Origin: an uncultured Dehalococcoidia bacterium
GTDB taxonomy: Bacteria > Chloroflexota > Dehalococcoidia > Lucifugimonadales > UBA3495
Length of the DNA: 51,416 nucleotides
Direction of reading: 5' to 3'
Assembly: GCA_950072105.1 (NCBI GenBank)
Contig: CATMOE010000023.1
Location: 1 to 51,416 of the forward strand
Shown here: positions 44,685 to 51,416 of the stretch, in pieces
How positions within the stretch are numbered: position 1 is the first letter of the stretch
Layout of the letters: every line of letters begins with the position of its first letter
The notes under the pieces: model-generated
Told to the model about the DNA's origin: nothing
Databases searched by the model: none
What the model saw: the letters and a program-made list of their open reading frames with translations, nothing else
Position numbers and translations under genes: made by a program

Positions 44685-44865
44685 GGCGGCTACCTCCCTA
44701 TCCCGGATGGGCGAATATTATCACACCAGCTTGGCTACCAAGTTCCACTGGAAGATGAACCCTGTTTGCCATGATAGAATCTGCTTGCTCAAGCTGGGAT
44801 GCATGAGAAGATGCGGGCCGATCGATCTAGCGATACTTTACAGCTCATCGGGTAAGGAGCGGATC

Positions 44866-45963
44866 ATGAAATTTGGGTTCCACACCCAGATGAATAACTG
44901 GCAGCATCAGGCAACCCACACTCAAATGCTGGATGACATACGTGAGCAAGTCCAACTTTGTGAACAGTTGGGGTTTGACGCCGTATGGCTGCCGGAGCAC
45001 CATCTTAATCCTGAAGGATTGGGCAACTCACCAAATCCGATTCTATTCGCCGCCGATCTGGCCTGCCGTACCAGCCGGATCAAGATAGGATTCGCCTGTC
45101 TCACCACGACCATGTGGCATCCGATCCGCCTCGCCGAGGACATAGCTTTATTAGACCATCTGACAAGAGGAAGGATCGAAGTTGGGTTTGGGCGAGGTGG
45201 CAGACCCAGTGACACCATGCCTTTCAATGTTAAAGCGGACCCGAGAAACCCAGACACCAATCGGGAACTATTCACCGAGACTATCGACGCCGTGGTAGCA
45301 GCGTGGACCAGCGATTATTTCTCCCATCAAGGTCCTAACTACACGATACCGCCCAAGAAGCTTCCCCATCATCCTTTCTACCCGTCCGAGGAGCCTTACG
45401 TCGTCGAAGATGAGGTAACAAAACTCACTTTGGTGCCTAAACCCTATCAGAAGCCCCATCCGCCTATCTGGTTAATGGTTTCCTCCGAGCCCACTGCTAG
45501 GCTGGCCGCGGAGCGTGGCTACTATGCGATGGCGGCAGGCACGCCAACCGATGTCCTCCGGGACTTCGTCGATATATACGCCGAGGTTCGCTCCGAAAGC
45601 GGGAACGGCCAGTTCGTGAAGGGAGAGGGATGGGCGGTGTCAAGACCGGTTCACGTAGCCCCGAGCATGGAGGAAGCCCGAAGGAATTTCGAGATTCCGG
45701 TCATTCGACAGCGGGAATTCCAACTGTACAACCGGGCTTCTCAAACTAACAATCCTAAGCCCGAAATCACTTGGGAGAACCTTCTCAAGAGTGCGATGTT
45801 GGCCGGACCACCGGAACTTGTGATCGAACAGATTCAAGAATTGCGAGAAGAGTGCGGCATCGAGAATGTGATTACATTCATGGATGCCGGAGGAGTGCCC
45901 CACGAAAAGATAATGCAGTCGCTGGAGTCGTTCGGCACCAGAGTCATGCCGGCATTTTCTTAG
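44866..45963 (+). CDS. LLM-class flavin-dependent oxidoreductase
   Basis: GFDAVWLPEHH, HPIRLAEDIALLDHLTRGRIEVGFGRG, PKPYQKPHPP. Confidence 0.92.
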   Translation: MKFGFHTQMNNWQHQATHTQMLDDIREQVQLCEQLGFDAVWLPEHHLNPEGLGNSPNPILFAADLACRTSRIKIGFACLTTTMWHPIRLAEDIALLDHLTRGRIEVGFGRGGRPSDTMPFNVKADPRNPDTNRELFTETIDAVVAAWTSDYFSHQGPNYTIPPKKLPHHPFYPSEEPYVVEDEVTKLTLVPKPYQKPHPPIWLMVSSEPTARLAAERGYYAMAAGTPTDVLRDFVDIYAEVRSESGNGQFVKGEGWAVSRPVHVAPSMEEARRNFEIPVIRQREFQLYNRASQTNNPKPEITWENLLKSAMLAGPPELVIEQIQELREECGIENVITFMDAGGVPHEKIMQSLESFGTRVMPAFS

Positions 45964-46034
45964 GCGAGAAACCGGCATCCTCCTAAGGCGGAGCCGCGAT
46001 GTTCCTAGGACAACCGAATTTGAGGCCTACTTAC

Positions 46035-46538
46035 ATGCGCCGGAGTATCTACAGATACCTATTCAGCCATATCGTTTCCATATCGACCATCGTTGCTCTG
46101 GCTGCATGTTCAGGTACTGAGGTCCCGTCATCAACGCCCATGCCCACGATTCAGACCCCTCCGGCCGTTGACGCGGCGATCGAGCCGGCAAGCACGCCGG
46201 GCAAGGGTTCAGTTGAGGGATCAGACCTGTATGCCGCAAACTGCCAGGTATGCCATGGTGACAGTAACGGCGCGGGCGGAAGGGGTGGAGCGCCCATTCA
46301 CAATGACAGGGGCCACACCTGGCATCACCCGGACGCCCAACTTCGAGGGTGGGTGCTGAATGGGAAGCTCGGATCTGGCAGCGCGGGAATGCCGGCTTTA
46401 GGAGATAAGCTTACCGAGCCAGAAGTGGACGCCATCCTGACATTTATTAGATCCTGGTGGACCACTGAACAGCGGGACAGCCAGGCGGACGTATCCGAGA
46501 GATACCAGGACGCGCTCGACAAACAACAGAAGCGGTGA
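46035..46538 (+). CDS. Monoheme cytochrome c, probable lipoprotein
   Basis: Lipobox LAAC, CQVCHG, GHTWHHPD, GMPA; start could be 45999. Confidence 0.88.
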   Translation: MRRSIYRYLFSHIVSISTIVALAACSGTEVPSSTPMPTIQTPPAVDAAIEPASTPGKGSVEGSDLYAANCQVCHGDSNGAGGRGGAPIHNDRGHTWHHPDAQLRGWVLNGKLGSGSAGMPALGDKLTEPEVDAILTFIRSWWTTEQRDSQADVSERYQDALDKQQKR

Positions 46539-46818
46539 GGAAAACCGACGGTTTACTGGAGCGGCTGCGTTTGAACTCTGTTATTTCTCAACCTTCCACG
46601 AAGGTCAGGGCTTTGGGCCTCAATGATAGTAACTGACAGTATCGTTCAGCCAGTTTCCATACAGCGACCCTCGTTGAGTTCTCAAGTTGGGGCTGTTCGA
46701 AAAGGCGCCGGTAAATATCCGGACAACTTTTCTAAGCAGACTCAATCGAGTGGACATTGATTATTCACCACAGATCACACCCGCTGATTGATACCGATTC
46801 CCTTGGCGCCGACCTATG

Positions 46819-46856
46819 GTTAGGAGGCGGCAGACTTCTGCTAGCCGCCTCCTAAC
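46819..46856. terminator. 13-bp stem-loop downstream of 46886..47350
   Basis: GTTAGGAGGCGGC/GCCGCCTCCTAAC; weak U tract. Confidence 0.5.
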
Positions 46857-46885
46857 ACAGATCGTAGCGGACCGGGGCAGAGCGC

Positions 46886-47350
46886 CTAAGCCGTGATCAG
46901 TTCTTTATCGATGGCGTGTGAGCGCAGATCGCCCTCTTTTTCCAAATGAGCCATAACTGCTTCCGCAGCAGCCTGGACCATCTCTTCATCCAGCGAGCCA
47001 GCATCAGCAGGATATCCCGCCGCCTCAAGCATCTGCTGCCCTTGGTCTCGTATCTGCTCCAGACCCCAAGAGATCTGTCCCGCGCTGTCTACCAAGCCGT
47101 CGGGGAATTCTGTGTGTGATCCCCCGGCGCCCAACTTGTCATAGCCGCCCTTGTGCCAATGGCCGCGCGGCCCATGGGGGTCGAATCGGATAAATTCCTC
47201 TCCCCTTACATCAACTCCGAAGGTCGGCCCGCCCATCTTGCTTTTTAGGCACCGCAAAGGCCAGAGATACAGGGTAATGTCGCCCGATTTGGACAACGGA
47301 CGAATCATAACCCTTCCCAAATACGACTCACCGTCTATCATAGTAGCCAT
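46886..47350 (-). CDS. Hypothetical protein
   Basis: Clean ATG ORF with AGGGGG RBS; motif E.IRFD......HWH; no confident family. Confidence 0.75.
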   Translation of the reverse strand: MATMIDGESYLGRVMIRPLSKSGDITLYLWPLRCLKSKMGGPTFGVDVRGEEFIRFDPHGPRGHWHKGGYDKLGAGGSHTEFPDGLVDSAGQISWGLEQIRDQGQQMLEAAGYPADAGSLDEEMVQAAAEAVMAHLEKEGDLRSHAIDKELITA

Positions 47351-47514
47351 GTGAAACCCCCTGATTCATGATATGAGCGAACGCCGCTCAAACAGATACT
47401 ACCACAAACACAAATCTCACCCCAAACCGGCAGGCAGGTGAATCAGGGCAATCGCATGTCTAGCGGCTAGAGAGAATCCCCAGTGGCCGGGTCGGCGGTC
47501 CCTTTGCTGACAAT

Positions 47515-47615
47515 CGTCATTCCCAGGCAGGCGGGAATCCATTGGACGTTCGGCAAAAAAGCGAACCGGACGCAGAAGGCTAAGTTACTGGGTTCCCACC
47601 TTCGCGGGAACGACG
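47515..47615. repeat. Inverted pair of CGTC-type REP-like repeats
   Basis: CGTCATTCCCAGGCAGGCGGGAATCCA (47515-47541) and, on the minus strand, CGTCGTTCCCGCGAAGGTGGGAACCCA (47589-47615). Confidence 0.75.
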
Positions 47616-47804
47616 AGCGGGGTTCCATCTTGGTAATGTCCATCATCGCTATGAGACAGAATAAGACGCAATCGCCCTGGCAGGTGAATCCGATGCCTTG
47701 TCTTGATACAATTTGCTGGCTTCGAACAGAATCGCTAGTGAATCTGAGCCGCGCCTAGGCATTAACTACCAAGAAGCGATCGCTAAAGATGAGGAGGTCT
47801 AGCT

Positions 47805-48857
47805 ATGGCTACCTATATGTACGTTTCTCTGCAAGACGATGACAAGGTATTGATATTCGGCGTCGATTCCGGGACCGGGAACTTGACCGCTAAGGGAGAA
47901 GTGCCCGCAGTTGGTGGGCCGTCGGCAGCGGCAGTCAGTCCGGACCGAAAGGTTTTTTACGTGGGCCATCGCAACAGTAAAGAAATTTCTAGCTTTCAGA
48001 TCGACCCCAACACCGGCGGGCTGACGCTGATCGGCCGAATACCTGTGCCTGACTCTCCCACTTACCTGTCTCCAGACCGCAACGGACGATTCCTGCTGTC
48101 CGCCTATTATCAGGGCGCTCACGTGGCGGTACACTCGATCAAGGATGATGGAGGATTGGGTGACCGGCCCATCGAGTGGCTGGAAACCGCGCCCGCCGCT
48201 CATTGTATCCAGACCGACCCGTCCAACAAGTTCGCCTTCGTACCCCACATCGCCCGTTTGAACGACAGCGTGATGAATCCCCCCGGCGACGTCCTTGGAC
48301 CCAACGCAATCTTCCAGTTCAAGTTCGACGAAAATACCGGAAATCTCACCCCCAACGCGCCGGCAAGGGTGGAGCAGTCTGAGTTCCTTGGCCCCCGCCA
48401 CTATTGCTTCCATCCGAGCCTGGACGTTGTCTACTTTTCCGATGAGCAAGGAGGCAGCGTAACCGGCTATAACCTAGATTCCGCGTCGGGGAACCTCTCG
48501 GCTTTCCAAACTATATCCACCTTGCCGGAGGGTTTTTCCGGACGCAACACCTGCTCCCAGATTCAGATTGCTCCCTCAGGAAAGTTCTTGTACACTCCGA
48601 ACCGGGGCCACAACAGCATCGCCGGCTTTTCGGTGGACGCCTCCACCGGCCGACTGACGGCCGCCGGGCGCGTTTCGACCGAGGCAGTTCCCAGCGCCTT
48701 CAGCCTAGACCCCGAAGCTAAATTCCTCTATGCCGCCGGCTCCGAAACGGGCGTTCTAGCCTCGTACAGCATCAACGGCGACTCGGGTGAGCTGACTCCC
48801 ATGGAGACTTATCCCGTGGGTAAGAGGCCCATGGAAGTGCAGACTACAAGTCTGTAA
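47805..48857 (+). CDS. Lactonase family beta-propeller (6-phosphogluconolactonase-like)
   Basis: LLSAYY, AHCI..DP, GPRH..FHP, GKFLY.PNRGHNSIA.F. Confidence 0.9.
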   Translation: MATYMYVSLQDDDKVLIFGVDSGTGNLTAKGEVPAVGGPSAAAVSPDRKVFYVGHRNSKEISSFQIDPNTGGLTLIGRIPVPDSPTYLSPDRNGRFLLSAYYQGAHVAVHSIKDDGGLGDRPIEWLETAPAAHCIQTDPSNKFAFVPHIARLNDSVMNPPGDVLGPNAIFQFKFDENTGNLTPNAPARVEQSEFLGPRHYCFHPSLDVVYFSDEQGGSVTGYNLDSASGNLSAFQTISTLPEGFSGRNTCSQIQIAPSGKFLYTPNRGHNSIAGFSVDASTGRLTAAGRVSTEAVPSAFSLDPEAKFLYAAGSETGVLASYSINGDSGELTPMETYPVGKRPMEVQTTSL

Positions 48858-48917
48858 ATCTAGGATCAGATGTGGGCAGCGGTATAGCAACGCACGACGA
48901 TTGGGAGGTAATCACCC

Positions 48918-49751
48918 ATGGCCATAACCATCGGGATGGGAGACTTCGTTTACGAGTATCAGCCTGATTGGGCTCAGTTGCCAGAAGGAACAACGTTCCA
49001 GGGCCCCAGCGCGGTGGCCGTGGACTCCCAAGACCGGGTCTACGTGTTTCAGCGCCGCGGCCCGCCAGTCATGGTGCTCGACCGCGACGGAAAATTCCTG
49101 GCAGCTTGGCCCCGGCAGGAAGGCCGCTTTGAAGACGCGCATCACATCTACATCGGACCAGATGATGGTGTCTATCTAGCCGACCGCGATGCCCACCAAA
49201 TATTGAAGTGCGACACCGAAGGCGAGTTGCTCATGTCCCTTGGCACACGGTACAAAGCAGCGATGCAGTCGCCGTTCAACCATCCGTCGGATACGGCGGT
49301 GGCTCCATCAGGGGAGATCTACATCTCTGATGGGTACGGTAATTCCTGTATCCACCGGTTCACCGCCGCCGGCGAGCACATCGACACCTTCGGCTCTCCG
49401 GGCAGCGGGCCTGGCCAGTTCCGGGTGCCCCACAGCCTCAGGGTGGCCAAGGACGGGCGGATCTACGTTTGCGACCGGGAGAACCACCGGGTGCAAGTGT
49501 TCAGCCCCGAGGGACAATTCCTGGATCAGTGGACCGATTTCAAATTCCCCATGGGCATCCACATCGACGACAACCAGATCGTCTACGTGACCGACCAAGT
49601 GCCCCGCCTCAGCATTTATACACTGGAAGGGGAGCTACTGGCCCGGGGAAGAACCTTCGAGAACTGCCACAACGTGTACACCGACTCCCGGGGATATATT
49701 TACGGAGTGGACACCGCCAATCAGAGGGTGCAGAAATTCGCCAAGGTTTAG
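48918..49751 (+). CDS. NHL-repeat protein, PAL (peptidyl-alpha-hydroxyglycine lyase)-like
   Basis: VAVDSQDRVYVFQR, FNHPSD, ISDGYGN, GQFRVPH, DRENHRVQ. Confidence 0.88.
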   Translation: MAITIGMGDFVYEYQPDWAQLPEGTTFQGPSAVAVDSQDRVYVFQRRGPPVMVLDRDGKFLAAWPRQEGRFEDAHHIYIGPDDGVYLADRDAHQILKCDTEGELLMSLGTRYKAAMQSPFNHPSDTAVAPSGEIYISDGYGNSCIHRFTAAGEHIDTFGSPGSGPGQFRVPHSLRVAKDGRIYVCDRENHRVQVFSPEGQFLDQWTDFKFPMGIHIDDNQIVYVTDQVPRLSIYTLEGELLARGRTFENCHNVYTDSRGYIYGVDTANQRVQKFAKV

Positions 49752-49812
49752 TAGTTGCCGGTTGAAACGATTCTAAGCTGTATGCATCAAAGCAAGAGCT
49801 TCGGCGGCCTTG

Positions 49813-49900
49813 TCCCCCTTTGCGAAGGGGGGACTACAGGGGGTCGTGGCCTCCCTGCGGGATAAACCTCCCGTATATCCCCTCCTTCGTAAGGAGGGGA
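49813..49900. repeat. Inverted pair of CCCCC..TT-nnn-AA..GGGG palindromic repeats between convergent genes
   Basis: TCCCCCTTTGCGAAGGGGGGA-CTACAGGGGG and CTCCCGTATA-TCCCCTCCTTCGTAAGGAGGGGA. Confidence 0.65.
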
Positions 49901-49977
49901 CTCGCCGATGCCGCAAGTCAATCATCCCAGGCAAAGAGGCTGAACCTGGCGCCGATGGCGTCAGTTGCCCCAACCCA

Positions 49978-51416
49978 CTACCACCCGATGGCATAGCCGA
50001 TATTCCCCTTTGGGGCAACCGCGCCCATGATGACGCCGCGGTCTTTGTCGTAGCGAATACCCATTGTCTTGCCGTTGGACCACGCTCCGGTGCTGACGAT
50101 CTCATGGCCCTTTTTCGCCAGTTCATCGCTGACCCCTGCGGGAATCCGGGACTCGGCGATGACGCGGCCAGGGTAGCCTACGCGCGGGTAGAAGGATGAC
50201 GGAAAGTGGACCTGGTGCACAGTGGCGGCGTCCAGCGATTCCTGAAGGTCCATGCCAAAGTCGACGTAGTTCAGGAAGAACTGCAGCGTCCACTGGTCCT
50301 GAGCGTCACCGCCGGGGGTGCCGAAGACCATGTACGGGTCGTTATCCTTGGTGACCAGTGATGGCGTCAGGGTGGCTCGAGGCCGCTTGCGGGGCGCCAG
50401 CGCGTTGGGCCGGTCCGGGTTCAGGTAGAACATCTGCCCTCGAGTACCCAATGGGAACCCCAATCCTTTGATCACCGGAGAGGTACCGATCCAGCCACCG
50501 CTGGGAGTGCAAGCCACCATGTTTCCTTCCCGGTCCACGGCGTCTAAATGGGTGGTGTCTCCGGTATGAGCGTGGTCCAGACCCAAGTCCTGCACGGCTC
50601 GGGCACCGACCCCCAGGGCCAGGCGGTTGTCGTCTGCAACGTCCCGGCCCATATAGTCAGGCACACCGCCGCCCAAGTCTCCCGGCCGCATGACCATCGA
50701 CGCAGTGGACTCGATCTGGTTCCGCCGGGACGCGGCGTAGTCCTTGGAAAGCAGCATCTCCATGGGCACTTCGTCGTGGGCGGGGTCGCCGTAGTAGGCT
50801 TCCCGGTCGGCGAAGGCCAGCTTGGAGGTCTCGATCCATGTGTGTAGGTATTCGGCGGTGTTGTGCCCCATCTTTCCCAGGTCGAAGCCCTCCAGGATGC
50901 TCAACTGCTGGAGGAACACCGGCCCCTGGGTCCAGGCCGGGCATTTGTGGACTTCCAGACCCCGGTAATCCAAGGATACGCTGTTTTCGACGGTGGCGTT
51001 CCATTCAGCCATGTCCTCGTAGGAAAGCAGCCCCTTGTGGGCGGAGCCGCTGGCATCGGGCAGCGGTTCGGCGGTGATGAACTCCACGATCCTCTCGGCG
51101 ATGGGTCCCTTGTAGAAAGCGTCCCTGGCCGCCTGGATCCCGGCGGTCCTGCCCTGGTGCTTGGCCTCTCCCTCGGCGGCAACCATGGTCTTTAGGGTCT
51201 GAGCGAAGTCGGGGTTCCGGAAAACTTCACCAACCTCAGGCACGTGTCCGCCGGGAAGATAGACTTCGCCGGTGGTGGGGTACAGTTCGGTGTATTTGCG
51301 AACATCGGCGGCCAAACGGTCATGTAGGCGCTGGTAGACCGGGAAGCCGTTCTCGGCCAATTCGATCGCGGGCTGCATTATCTGGGAAAAGCTCATGGTG
51401 CCGAACCGGGACAACG
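49978..51416 (-). CDS. Gamma-glutamyltransferase family protein (5' end outside window)
   Basis: AIELAENGF, FYKGPIA, KLAFADRE, GDTTHL nucleophile Thr, PRKRP..TLTP, FGTPGGD. Confidence 0.95.
   Translation of the reverse strand, partial: LSRFGTMSFSQIMQPAIELAENGFPVYQRLHDRLAADVRKYTELYPTTGEVYLPGGHVPEVGEVFRNPDFAQTLKTMVAAEGEAKHQGRTAGIQAARDAFYKGPIAERIVEFITAEPLPDASGSAHKGLLSYEDMAEWNATVENSVSLDYRGLEVHKCPAWTQGPVFLQQLSILEGFDLGKMGHNTAEYLHTWIETSKLAFADREAYYGDPAHDEVPMEMLLSKDYAASRRNQIESTASMVMRPGDLGGGVPDYMGRDVADDNRLALGVGARAVQDLGLDHAHTGDTTHLDAVDREGNMVACTPSGGWIGTSPVIKGLGFPLGTRGQMFYLNPDRPNALAPRKRPRATLTPSLVTKDNDPYMVFGTPGGDAQDQWTLQFFLNYVDFGMDLQESLDAATVHQVHFPSSFYPRVGYPGRVIAESRIPAGVSDELAKKGHEIVSTGAWSNGKTMGIRYDKDRGVIMGAVAPKGNIGYAIGW

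Noticed and set aside
44557..44865. N-terminal extensions in the ORF track (also 3938-4147, 8543-8617, 39141-39245)
   Set aside because: They precede better starts or overlap neighbouring genes, and lie outside the recognisable domains

Overview
GC-rich bacterial chromosome segment. The gene content (luciferase-like monooxygenases, SDRs, NHL proteins, DUF1800/DUF1501 pairs, ASST, hydantoinases) suggests Chloroflexota, probably SAR202/Dehalococcoidia; this is inference only. The centrepiece is a ~5.1 kb minus-strand unit (22650->17545) that the ORF track barely sees. In order it holds a sigma70-like promoter, a 46-codon leader ORF rich in A-ending/rare codons whose stop codon sits in a potential antiterminator, an intrinsic terminator, and an array of 31 tRNA genes covering 19 amino acids (no Cys). 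rtcB (RNA ligase) is embedded inside the array. The array also carries a 43-aa basic ORF whose stop codon lies inside tRNA(CAU), several non-canonical tRNAs (Phe with a 21-nt insertion, Ser with A34, four with C33, short-arm Leu, Pyl-like D arms), pseudo-tRNAs and non-tRNA hairpin RNAs ending in CCA. I read it as a candidate attenuation-controlled 'tRNA replace-and-repair' operon. Other highlights: a large serine recombinase element inserted in the activation loop of a Ser/Thr kinase gene (left end), an uncalled Bcp-like selenoprotein (in-frame TGA plus SECIS-like hairpin), a duplicated DUF1800-DUF1501-NHL triplet, an ECF sigma/vWA pair, an AddAB/AdnAB-like pair and many catabolic enzymes. All tRNA and structure calls were made by eye and need confirmation with tRNAscan-SE/Infernal.
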